Source of the DNA: Myxococcota bacterium
Lineage (GTDB): Bacteria > Myxococcota_A > UBA796 > SXON01
DNA: 64,000 nt
Reading direction: 5' to 3'
NCBI GenBank assembly: GCA_040386535.1
Contig: JAZKFH010000018.1
Coordinates: 41,079 to 105,078 of the forward strand
The notes under the pieces are model-generated. The model did no database searches and had not been told where the DNA came from. It saw nothing but the letters and a program-made list of their open reading frames with translations. Below are positions 43,051-52,000 of the stretch, piece by piece. Made by a program: the position numbers and the translations under genes. Position 1 is the first letter of the stretch; the number at the start of each line of letters is the position of its first letter.

Positions 43051-43742
43051 TGCTCTGGCCGCTCGTCGCGTCGGTGTTCGTTCGGGTAGCGCTCGCCGGG
43101 GTGCCCGAGGAGCTCACCGTCGCGGCTGACACCGACCTGCCGACCGAGCTGCGCCAGGCCGCGTTCGATCGCCTCGCGGTGCCCGGCAACGTGGCCGCGC
43201 TCACCCGCATGGGCGACGCCGCGGACACGCCGAAACCGCACCGGTGGGTAGCCATCCGCGCGCTCGGCCCCATCCAGGACGACGAGGCGCGCGTGGCGCT
43301 CCTCCACTTCCTGGCCGCGAAGGACGCCTCTGCCCGCATGGCCGCGCTCGGCGCCATCGGCGACCGCGGCGACCGCACCCTGTCCGGCTACGCCGCCGCC
43401 CGCCTCAGTGACCCCGCGCTGCTCGTGCGCGCTGCAGCCGCCGACGCGCTGGCCCGCCTGGGCGACCCCGGCACGCTGGCCGACCTCGAGCGCGCGCTGC
43501 AGGACCCCACGAACCACTACCGGGGCGCGTCCTTGTGGTTCCGACGCCACCTCGTCGAGGCGATGGGCGCCATCGGCACCGACGCCGCCTCGCCCTACCT
43601 GGCGCGCGCGCTGGACGACGCCGATCCCGAGGTGGTCACCGCCGCGGTAGCCGGGCTCGAGAAGACCGCCGGGTTCTCGTACCGCGAGGGGCGGACGCCG
43701 GACCAGGAGCGGACGGCGTGGAAGCGGTGGGCGGGGCGCTGA
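43050..43742 (+). CDS. Exported HEAT-repeat protein
   Basis: Repeats such as L.D....VR.AAA.AL..LGD; signal-like N-terminus; TGATG overlap. Confidence 0.8.
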   Translation: MLWPLVASVFVRVALAGVPEELTVAADTDLPTELRQAAFDRLAVPGNVAALTRMGDAADTPKPHRWVAIRALGPIQDDEARVALLHFLAAKDASARMAALGAIGDRGDRTLSGYAAARLSDPALLVRAAAADALARLGDPGTLADLERALQDPTNHYRGASLWFRRHLVEAMGAIGTDAASPYLARALDDADPEVVTAAVAGLEKTAGFSYREGRTPDQERTAWKRWAGR

Positions 43743-43775
43743 CGTTCGCGGCCCGCTGAACGAGGGCCCGCCGAG

Positions 43776-44531
43776 CTAGCGGGTGACCTGGAGCTTCAGC
43801 ACGGTCTTCCCGACGCCGATCGTGTCTCCGCTGCGGAGGCGGCCCACCGTGACGCGGCGGCCGTTGTGGTAGGTGCCGTTGGTGCTGCCGAGGTCCCGCA
43901 GGAAGATCATCTCGCGGCCGAACACCTCGATGACGGAGTGCCGGCGGGACACCTCGCCGTCAGACAACGGGACCTCTCCCGCGCGCCGGCCGACGTTCAC
44001 ATTGCCGCGGGTGAAGCGGAACACCTTGCCGGTGTCCTGCCCCGCGACGACCTCGACCAGGGCGTTGAGCCCCGGCGGGAGGCGGAGATCCTGCCCGATC
44101 ACGTCGGCGGTGGAGCGGGTGCGCTCGCCGCTGCCGGCGAGCTCGACGAGCTCCTCGTCCAGCAGCCACGCGATCTCGAGCTGGTTTTGCGGCGTGTCCT
44201 TCGCGGCGGCGGGATCCGGATCGTCCCCCGCCTCGGAGGCGCCGGTGAACAGGATCAGCCGCGTGGCGCCGATCGCGACCTCGTTGCCCGGCTTGAGCAC
44301 GACCTCGCGGACCAGCCGGCCGTCGACCATGGTGCCGTTGGTGCTGCCGAGATCCTGGAGCACGTAGTCGCCGTTGCGGGCGAAGATCTGGCAGTGGCGG
44401 CCGCTGACGAGCGGATCGTCGAGCAACAGATCCCCCTCCTTGCGGCCGACCACGAGGGGCTCACGCGCGGGGAGCGGGACGTTGAGGCCCTGGCGGACCC
44501 CGGCGACGATCTTGAGGAAGGAGCGGGACAT
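43776..44531 (-). CDS. Tandem FHA-domain protein
   Basis: Two GR...VS.RH...DLGSTNGT sets. Confidence 0.92.
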   Translation of the reverse strand: MSRSFLKIVAGVRQGLNVPLPAREPLVVGRKEGDLLLDDPLVSGRHCQIFARNGDYVLQDLGSTNGTMVDGRLVREVVLKPGNEVAIGATRLILFTGASEAGDDPDPAAAKDTPQNQLEIAWLLDEELVELAGSGERTRSTADVIGQDLRLPPGLNALVEVVAGQDTGKVFRFTRGNVNVGRRAGEVPLSDGEVSRRHSVIEVFGREMIFLRDLGSTNGTYHNGRRVTVGRLRSGDTIGVGKTVLKLQVTR

Positions 44532-44544
44532 CTATTGCAAAGAC

Positions 44545-45492
44545 CTAGCGACTGACCGCTCGCGACGCGGCACGGCGCCGAGCGCCGCGGTGGTACTGGT
44601 GGTAGCGGCCGGGGAGCTCGCGGCCGAGCAGGGTCGCGGCGTACTCGCCCGCGTCCGCCAGCGCGTCCAGATCGACGCCGGTGGAGACGCCCATCTGCTC
44701 GAACATGTAGACGAGGTCTTCCGTGGCGAGGTTGCCCGCGGCGCCGGGCGCGTAGGGGCAGCCGCCGAGGCCGGCGACGGCCCCGTCAAACGTGCCGATG
44801 CCGACGCGCCACGCGGTGAGCGCGTTCGCGAGCGCGGTGCCGCGCGTGTCGTGGAAGTGGACGGCCATGCGATCGACCGGGACGCCGCCGTCCTGCAGGA
44901 ACGCGATGACGCGCTCGACCTGGAGCGGCGTGCCCATGCCGGTCGTGTCGCCCAGCACGACCTCGTCCGCGCCCGCCGCCAGGAGCTTCGACGCGATGTC
45001 GAGCGTGGCCTCGGCCGCGACCTCGCCCTCGTAGGGGCAGCCGAACACGGTGGAGATGTACCCACGCGTGCGCAGGCCCTCCTCCTTCGCGACCCCGAGG
45101 ACCTCCTCGATGCCGGCGAGGCTCTCGCGGATGGTGCGGTTGACGTTCTTCTTGTTGTGGGTCTCGCTGGCCGACATGAACGTGGCGATGCCGCCGATGC
45201 CGCTCTCGAGCGCGCGTTCGAGCCCCACGCGGTTGGGGACGAGGCCCCACGCGCGCGCGGTACCGTTGGCGAAGGCGGGCACGCGCGGCAGGAGGCTCAC
45301 GAGCTCCGCGGCGTCGGCCAGCTGGGGGATCCAGCGGGGGCGCACGAAGCTGGTGACCTCGATGTCGGCGAGGCCGGACGCCGCGAGGCGCGCGATGAGC
45401 TCGGCCTTCTCGGCCGAGGGGACGACCGCGGCCTCGTTCTGGAGGCCGTCACGCGGGGCGACCTCGTAGATTCGGACGGAGGGAAGGCTCAT
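44545..45492 (-). CDS. hmgL: Hydroxymethylglutaryl-CoA lyase
   Basis: EVAPRDGLQNE, FGCPYEG, HFHDT, GLGGCPYAPGA. Confidence 0.93.
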   Translation of the reverse strand: MSLPSVRIYEVAPRDGLQNEAAVVPSAEKAELIARLAASGLADIEVTSFVRPRWIPQLADAAELVSLLPRVPAFANGTARAWGLVPNRVGLERALESGIGGIATFMSASETHNKKNVNRTIRESLAGIEEVLGVAKEEGLRTRGYISTVFGCPYEGEVAAEATLDIASKLLAAGADEVVLGDTTGMGTPLQVERVIAFLQDGGVPVDRMAVHFHDTRGTALANALTAWRVGIGTFDGAVAGLGGCPYAPGAAGNLATEDLVYMFEQMGVSTGVDLDALADAGEYAATLLGRELPGRYHQYHRGARRRAASRAVSR

Positions 45493-46514
45493 TTCTCTCC
45501 CATTAACACAGATCGGAGCGGATCCGGCTGCAGCAAGAAGCCGAGCACCGCGGCCCAGGAGTAAGCACGGGTCCGCGCTTGTTCCAGGGCCAACCAGCCG
45601 GTGTCCTCGGTGAAGGACGCGGAGAGCTCGGGCCCACGCCGCTCAGGGGCCCGGTGGAGAAACACGCAGCCCCCGCGCGCGCCGCGCACCGCGTGCCGCT
45701 GGACGGAGTAGCCGCGGAACCGCTCGGCCCCGCCTTCGGGCCAGGGCTCCGCGTAGATGGCGTGCGCGTCCTGCAGCGCCTCGGCGAGCTCGGTGGTGAC
45801 GTGCACCGCCGCGCGCGTGAGCCCGGCCCGCTCGCGTGCCCAGGTGACGCGCTCGACATCCGGGGCGAAGCCCACCGGGTGCGCCACGGACACCGAGAGC
45901 CCGAGGGTGGTGCCGGCCACGAGCAGATCGTGGAGGAGCCCGGAGGCGTCCCCCACCCAGGCGAGCTTGCGCCCTTCGAGCCCGCCGAGCGCGCGCTCGA
46001 GGACGAAGAGGTCGGCCAGGGCGCCGGCCGGATCGCCGCCGGGCCCGCCCGCCTCGATGACCGGCACCCCCGCGCGCTCGGCCATGGCCGCGAGCACCGC
46101 CGCCGGGAGCCCCGCGCCGAGGAGCGCCGGATGGAGCGCGCCGAGCCTCTCCCCCGCCACACCGGGATCGCCGAGCCGCGCGACCTCGTCCGGGCCGTAC
46201 GTGACGATGCGCAGCCCGAGGAGCGCGGCGCCGGCCTCGATGGCGGCGCGCACGTAGGGCACCGGCTCCCCGAGGAGGAGCGCGATCGGCGTCACCGTAC
46301 GGATCGCGTGATGTTCGCCCCGGCGCAAGGCATACGCGCGGCCCCGCAGTTCGCGGAGCGTCGCGGCGCTGGTGGTCCCGAGGTTGAGGAGCGAGCGGAT
46401 GGCCGGGTCCCGGGTGACCGCGCGATCGTATCCGAGCGGGCGCTCGCCTGCCGGATCCGCGTCCCGCAGCGGCATGGGCGCGCCCGTGTCGTCGGTCATG
46501 CGCTCCACCGTCAT
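45489..46514 (-). CDS. Ornithine carbamoyltransferase-like protein lacking catalytic motifs
   Basis: VPVI.A...ALADL, LEGRKLAWVGD, QA..R scaffold; STRT, HPxQ and HCLP replaced. Confidence 0.75.
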   Translation of the reverse strand: MTVERMTDDTGAPMPLRDADPAGERPLGYDRAVTRDPAIRSLLNLGTTSAATLRELRGRAYALRRGEHHAIRTVTPIALLLGEPVPYVRAAIEAGAALLGLRIVTYGPDEVARLGDPGVAGERLGALHPALLGAGLPAAVLAAMAERAGVPVIEAGGPGGDPAGALADLFVLERALGGLEGRKLAWVGDASGLLHDLLVAGTTLGLSVSVAHPVGFAPDVERVTWARERAGLTRAAVHVTTELAEALQDAHAIYAEPWPEGGAERFRGYSVQRHAVRGARGGCVFLHRAPERRGPELSASFTEDTGWLALEQARTRAYSWAAVLGFLLQPDPLRSVLMGEK

Positions 46515-47176
46515 GCGCTCCACCGGGGGTCGGGCCAGCTGAACACGGCGTCGGCGCCCTCGTGGGCAGAGGTGACGTGGAACGCCTCGGCGGGGAAGTG
46601 CCGCGCGAGCTCGCCGCGGAAGATCCCGTGGAGCGGCGCCTCGATGTCGGGGCTGGACACGAGGCGCACCCGCGCCGTCGGCGGGACGGGGATCGTCGCG
46701 AGCCACGCGGCGTACGCGGAGACCCGGCGGCGGGCCTGCTCGCGGGTGACGCCGGTGAGCACCAGGACGATCGGCACGCCGGGCGCCGCGTCGAAGCGCA
46801 CCTTCCCCATCGGATCGTCGGAGACGGTGCGGGCGCTGTCCCGCACGGTCCCGAGCCACGTCGCGACGGGCTCTGCGGGAGGGGAGGGCTCGACGGTGTC
46901 GCCGGCAGCGTCGGTGGCGGGCGCCGCCGGGCGGGCCGGCCAGGGGCGCGGCGCGTCGCGGGTGAGCGGACGCACGGGATGGCGCGCCCGCGGCCGCGCA
47001 TGCCAGATCTGCACGAGGAACAACACCGCGCCCACCGTGAGGAACGGCGGCCAGAACGGGAACCCGACCTTCGACTCCAGCTCGACGATCGTGAGCGCCA
47101 GCGGGGAGACGCGGTCGAAGTGCGACAGCCAGGCGAGCGCGGCGCCGGCGGCGAACAGGACGAGCGGGACGAACAT
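46511..47176 (-). CDS. Hypothetical membrane protein
   Basis: Two N-terminal hydrophobic segments, Pro-rich linker; ATGA overlap with next gene. Confidence 0.65.
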   Translation of the reverse strand: MFVPLVLFAAGAALAWLSHFDRVSPLALTIVELESKVGFPFWPPFLTVGAVLFLVQIWHARPRARHPVRPLTRDAPRPWPARPAAPATDAAGDTVEPSPPAEPVATWLGTVRDSARTVSDDPMGKVRFDAAPGVPIVLVLTGVTREQARRRVSAYAAWLATIPVPPTARVRLVSSPDIEAPLHGIFRGELARHFPAEAFHVTSAHEGADAVFSWPDPRWSA

Positions 47177-47436
47177 GGGGGAAGGATAGGCGATCCGCGC
47201 GGTTGCGACCATGGGGCGGGCGCCGCGCCCGTCGAGCAGCACGTCCCCGGCCCAGCGGGGCTGGAGGGGCGCCTGCTCGGAGGCGCGTCGGCGGCTCGGC
47301 GCCGACCGAGCGCGGGAGCGCGAGCCCGGAAGACACGCGGCGGCGCGGCTCGGCGCGACGCGGGCCCCCGCTGGAGACCCGGCGATGGAGGTGCGGCGCC
47401 TGTGATGCGGCCCCGCGGCCGGGATAGTCGGAGCCG

Positions 47437-48924
47437 ATGAGCACCGCGAACGACAGCCCGCCCTCCTCCGCCGCGCCCGCCACGACGGAGGCCGCCACGA
47501 CCCCGGCTTCGCACGACAGCGGCACGCCGCCGGCGCTGCTCGACTTCATGTTGCAGGGCTGGGGCCCGCGCAAGGAGGACGGCTGGGAGCCGGTGAAGCA
47601 CGCCGCCGCGCACAAGGCGCGTCGCGACGCGCTGGCGTACCGGTTCCCCGGCGAGCTCCTGGTGATCCCGACGGGCCACGAGCAGGTGCGCTCGAACGAC
47701 ACCCACTTCCGCTTCCGGCCCGGCAGCGACTTCTTCTGGCTCACGGGCTGCCACGAGGCCGACAACGTGCTGGTCGTGGAGCCGCTGCCCGAGCACGGCC
47801 ACCGCACCGTGCTGTTCTGCGAGCCGAACAATCGTGACAGCGCCGCGTTCTTCACCGACCGCAAGAAGGGCGAGCTGTGGGTGGGGGCGCGCCTCGGGCT
47901 CGCGGGCAGCCAGGCGCGGTTCGGGGTGGACGAGTGCCGGCCGCTCTCCGAGCTCGCCGCGTTCCTGCAAGCGGCGAAGGCGCCGCGGCGCCTGTTGCGC
48001 GGGTTCGCCCCCTCGATCGACGCCGCGATCGGGACCGAGGCCACCAGCAAGGACGACGCCGAGCTCACCACCTGGCTCTCCGAGGCCCGGCTGATCAAGG
48101 ACCCCACCGAGGTCGAGGAGCTCCGCGTGTCGATCGACGCGACGAAGCGCGGCTTCGAGGACGTGATCCGCGCGCTCCGCACGGCGCCGACCGAACGGTG
48201 GGTCGAAGGCGTGTTCGGGCTCCGCGCGCGCGTGGAGGGCAACGACGTGGGCTACGGCACGATCGCCGCCTGCGGCGCGCACGCCTGCGTGCTGCACTGG
48301 ACCCGCAACGACGGCGCCCTGCCCCCCGGCGAGCTGCTCCTGCTCGACGCCGGTGTGGAGGGCCACTCGCTCTACACCGCCGACATCACGCGCACGCTGC
48401 CGGTGTCGGGCACGTTCACCCCGCCCCAGCGCCGCATCTACGAGCTGGTGTGGCGCGCGCAGCGGGCGGCCCTCGCGGCCGTGCGCCCGGGCGCCGATTT
48501 CCTCGAGCCCAACCGCGCCGCGATGAAGGTGCTGGCCGAGGGGCTGTTCAACCTCGGGATCATGAAGGTGAGCCCCGAGGAGGCGCTGCGGGAGGATCGC
48601 CAGCTGTACAAGCGCTGGACGCTGCACAACGTGAGCCACATGCTCGGCATCGACGTTCACGACTGCGCGAAGGCGCGGCAGGAGTCCTACAAGTTCGGCA
48701 AGCTCGAGGCCGGCATGGTGCTCACCATCGAGCCCGGCCTGTACTTCCAGCCGGATGACGAGACGGTGGCCGAGGAGTACCGCGGCATCGGCATCCGCAT
48801 CGAGGACGACGTGGTCGTCACCGCGGACGGATGCGAGAACCTCTCCGCGCACATCCCCACCGGCATGAGCGACGTGGAGGCGTGGATCGCGGGGCTCTGG
48901 GCCGAAGCGACGCCGCGCGACTAG
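47437..48924 (+). CDS. pepP: Xaa-Pro aminopeptidase (M24B)
   Basis: LLDAG...YTADITRT, SHMLGIDVHD, TIEPGLY, GIRIEDD. Confidence 0.94.
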   Translation: MSTANDSPPSSAAPATTEAATTPASHDSGTPPALLDFMLQGWGPRKEDGWEPVKHAAAHKARRDALAYRFPGELLVIPTGHEQVRSNDTHFRFRPGSDFFWLTGCHEADNVLVVEPLPEHGHRTVLFCEPNNRDSAAFFTDRKKGELWVGARLGLAGSQARFGVDECRPLSELAAFLQAAKAPRRLLRGFAPSIDAAIGTEATSKDDAELTTWLSEARLIKDPTEVEELRVSIDATKRGFEDVIRALRTAPTERWVEGVFGLRARVEGNDVGYGTIAACGAHACVLHWTRNDGALPPGELLLLDAGVEGHSLYTADITRTLPVSGTFTPPQRRIYELVWRAQRAALAAVRPGADFLEPNRAAMKVLAEGLFNLGIMKVSPEEALREDRQLYKRWTLHNVSHMLGIDVHDCAKARQESYKFGKLEAGMVLTIEPGLYFQPDDETVAEEYRGIGIRIEDDVVVTADGCENLSAHIPTGMSDVEAWIAGLWAEATPRD

Positions 48925-48970
48925 CTTGACCGAGCGGTCCCGCCGCGTCGGGCGGGCCATCGGAGGGGCC

Positions 48971-49540
48971 ATGGCGGACGATCGGAGGGACGGGGATGTC
49001 GCCACGTTGCGGCGGCACCCGGAGAGCTGGGCCACCGGGGACGAGCCGATGACGGGCCCCCAGGCTGCCTACCTGCGCACGTTGTGTCGCGACGCGGGCA
49101 TCAACTTCGAGGAGACGCTGACGAAGGCGGAGGCGTCCAAGCGCATCGATGCGCTGCGACGGCGCACGGGGCGGGAGGAGGCGCCGGCGTTGCCCGAGGG
49201 CCGGACCGCCGCCGAGGTGCTCGCCGACCACCTGCATCGTCGGGAGGCGGGCGACCTCGAAGCGGACCTGCACACCAACTACGACGAGCACGTGGTGGTG
49301 CTCGCGGCGTCGGGGGTGCACTACGGGCACGACGGCGTGCGCTACCTGACACTGCTGCTGCGCGAGGAGCTGCCGGAGCCGCGGTTCACGTGGCGGACGG
49401 CGCTCGCGGACGGGGAGACGGCGCTGGTGGAGTGGGCCGCCCGGGGCGCGGACGAGACCGAGGAGGAGGGGGTGGACAGCTACGTGATCCGCAACGGGCG
49501 CATCGTGGCGCGCACGGTCCACGTGCGGAGCTGGCGGTAG
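48971..49540 (+). CDS. DUF3072-like domain fused to SnoaL/NTF2-like domain
   Basis: W.TGDEPMTG.Q..YL.TL...LTKAEAS.RID, then DHL...YDE.VV...DSYVIRNGRI. Confidence 0.75.
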   Translation: MADDRRDGDVATLRRHPESWATGDEPMTGPQAAYLRTLCRDAGINFEETLTKAEASKRIDALRRRTGREEAPALPEGRTAAEVLADHLHRREAGDLEADLHTNYDEHVVVLAASGVHYGHDGVRYLTLLLREELPEPRFTWRTALADGETALVEWAARGADETEEEGVDSYVIRNGRIVARTVHVRSWR

Positions 49541-49565
49541 CGCCGCGGAACGCCCTCCCTGGCGG

Positions 49566-49862
49566 CTAGTGCGCGTCGCCACCGAAGGCGCGTTGGACCG
49601 CCTCGACGACATCCTCCAGGCCGTCGGGGATCACCACCGGCGCCCAGCGGTTGCGCTCGCGGAGCCGGGACTCGAGGCGGTTGCGCTCGGCGAGCGCGGT
49701 GGGGCCGCCGACGACCATCGCGTCGACGTCGTGCTGCGCGATCGCGCGCATGCCGGCCTGGGGGCCCACCGCGGCGATGGCCTGCCACCCCTCTGCGCGG
49801 AGCGCCTCGGTGACGTGACGGGTGACGACGGGGTGGCTGCCGACGACGAGGATGGTGGCCAT
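49566..49862 (-). CDS. Small degenerate receiver-like protein
   Basis: MATILVV...L..EGW pattern without conserved Asp/Lys. Confidence 0.55.
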   Translation of the reverse strand: MATILVVGSHPVVTRHVTEALRAEGWQAIAAVGPQAGMRAIAQHDVDAMVVGGPTALAERNRLESRLRERNRWAPVVIPDGLEDVVEAVQRAFGGDAH

Positions 49863-49920
49863 GGTGGGCTCCTGCCGCCACGCGCTAACACAGCGGTAGG
49901 CGACGCGATGGAACAGTTGT

Positions 49921-50508
49921 TCAGAAGCCGGCGCCGACGGTGACTCCGCCGAAGCCGACTACAGGGCCGGGCGTGCCGACGACCGTGGGCGCCGCCGGGA
50001 CCCACGCGGCGCCGCCGCCGATCTCGAAGGTGACGTAGGCCCGGGAGTGCGGCCACCAGCGTGCCTTGACGCCCGCGGAGAGCTCGGGGCCGGCGGCCTC
50101 GACCTGGTCGGGCGTGGTGGCCGGCCCGAAGCGGAAGCCGGGCGCGTCGATGCCGTTGGTCACCTCGGTCAAACCCGCGCCGAGCATCAGGGCGGCCTCG
50201 GCCGCGCCCCGGCGGACGCGCGCGGCGGCGTAGCGCAAACGGAGGTGCATGGTGTCGGGCACGTCGCGGGTGTGGAGCACGCCGGCGCCGTTGCCGCACG
50301 CCTCCAGGGAGAGGCGATCGAGCGGGGTGACCTCGGCGCAGATCGTGGGGAGCGGCGCCTTGTCGCCGCCGAGCGCGGTGGTGTCGACGCCGCCGCGCAG
50401 CTCGAGGACGGGGTGCCCGGCGATGGGGCGGGGCACGACCGCGGTGGTGGAGGATCCCTCGTCCGCGACGGCGACCGGGACCCACACGAGCGAGAGGAAG
50501 GCGAGCAT
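49921..50508 (-). CDS. Probable small outer-membrane beta-barrel
   Basis: Signal peptide, amphipathic strands, C-terminal VGAGF. Confidence 0.6.
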   Translation of the reverse strand: MLAFLSLVWVPVAVADEGSSTTAVVPRPIAGHPVLELRGGVDTTALGGDKAPLPTICAEVTPLDRLSLEACGNGAGVLHTRDVPDTMHLRLRYAAARVRRGAAEAALMLGAGLTEVTNGIDAPGFRFGPATTPDQVEAAGPELSAGVKARWWPHSRAYVTFEIGGGAAWVPAAPTVVGTPGPVVGFGGVTVGAGF

Positions 50509-50564
50509 CTGCCACCCACGTAAACCCCGGGCGGCGGCCGACGAGCGGCCCATCCGGAGCCGGA

Positions 50565-51938
50565 TCAGCACGCGCAGTCGCAGTAGTCGATGGCGAGGGT
50601 GGTGACGGCGGAGCCGTCGGTGGCGGTCACGGTCGTCGTGAGCGGGAACGCGCGCGTCACGAGCTCGGGGCGCCCGTCTCCGCGCGCGTCGACGATGCCG
50701 AGCGCGTCCCCAAACGGGGTGTTCACGAAGCCGCCGAGGGGGGCGCCGAGCGTGTCCCCGTCGATCCCGAAGAGCCCGGCCCAGCTCTGCGTGTCGCCGC
50801 CGCACACACCGTCGCCCGCCTTGCGCGTGCCCTCGACCAGCGCGAGCTCGCCACTGGCGCCGACCCAGCGGGTGACGCGCACGTCGCGGGTGACCTCACC
50901 TTCGATGTCGACGGGATCGGCGTCCCAGTCGGTGCTGGCCGTGAGCGCGGTGGTGGCGGCGGCGATCTGGAGGCCGGTGCCGCGCTCTTCCGGGGACGCG
51001 GCGGCGGGGCGGTAGACGGTGAGCGGCGTGGCGCCGGAGACGGCCACCCACGTGCCCTCGCGGGGGGTCGCCGCGTCACACGTGAGCGCGGCGAACACGC
51101 GGGGCTCGCCGCACGTGGGGGCCGTGGGGGCCTCGCCGTCCAGGGAGCCGAAGTGGGGAAAGCCGAGGGTGAGCGCGTCGAAGCTCGCGACGGTGCAGGC
51201 CACGGTGGTGCCCGTGGTGACGTCGACGGCGCGGTAGGCGGACCCGACGGAGATCGGCCCCATGCGGTCGATGGCGAGCGGCTGGCGCCACGCGTCGTAG
51301 CGGTCGGAGAGCGCGACGGGCGGCGGCGCGCCGCGCAACGTGTGGCCGATGACCGTCTCGGGGGCCTCGATGGGGAGCCAGAGCTGGCCCAGGTCGGCCA
51401 CGAGCACGGCCACGGACTCGTCGCCGGGGTCGCCCGCGGAGGCGGAGCCGTTGCCGTGGACGGTCGCGCCGCACCACGTGTCGACGGCCGCGGAGGGGCC
51501 CACCCACGCGCCCGCGTTCTTGACGTAGTTGTCGATGCCCAGCTCGGTCAAGCGCTTCGACAGCGCCTGGGCCGCGGCCTTGTCGGGCGTCGTGTCCGCG
51601 ACGGTGATCGCGTAGCAGGGCATCAGGTTCTTGAAGCGCCCCGAGTTGAGCTGGCGCACCCGCGCCGCCACCGCGGCGGGCGCATCCGGGGACTCGCGCA
51701 GCTTCGTGGCGCCGGGGATCGGGGTGCGGGGGTCTCGCTCGGAGCCGAGGATGACGAGCCAGTGGTCGGCGAGCGCGGCGTCGGCGTCGGAGCCGACGGT
51801 GGAGAGGGGCGGGATGGGCGCCTTGGGGGCCTCGGGCGGGCCGCTCGGAGGCGGGGCGGCGGGCGGGGGCGCCTCGGGGGCCCCGGTGCAGGCGAGGGCG
51901 GCGGCGAGGGCGACGCCGAACACGAGAGGCAGACGCAT
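50565..51938 (-). CDS. Hypothetical lipoprotein, possible SPOR-like N-domain
   Basis: Lipobox ALAC, Pro linker, A..L..LGIDNYVK, terminal CDCAC. Confidence 0.7.
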   Translation of the reverse strand: MRLPLVFGVALAAALACTGAPEAPPPAAPPPSGPPEAPKAPIPPLSTVGSDADAALADHWLVILGSERDPRTPIPGATKLRESPDAPAAVAARVRQLNSGRFKNLMPCYAITVADTTPDKAAAQALSKRLTELGIDNYVKNAGAWVGPSAAVDTWCGATVHGNGSASAGDPGDESVAVLVADLGQLWLPIEAPETVIGHTLRGAPPPVALSDRYDAWRQPLAIDRMGPISVGSAYRAVDVTTGTTVACTVASFDALTLGFPHFGSLDGEAPTAPTCGEPRVFAALTCDAATPREGTWVAVSGATPLTVYRPAAASPEERGTGLQIAAATTALTASTDWDADPVDIEGEVTRDVRVTRWVGASGELALVEGTRKAGDGVCGGDTQSWAGLFGIDGDTLGAPLGGFVNTPFGDALGIVDARGDGRPELVTRAFPLTTTVTATDGSAVTTLAIDYCDCAC

Positions 51939-52000
51939 GCCGCGGACGCTACCACGCAGGAAGCGATCCGGACGGGGCCGAATGGCGCTATCCTCGCGTC

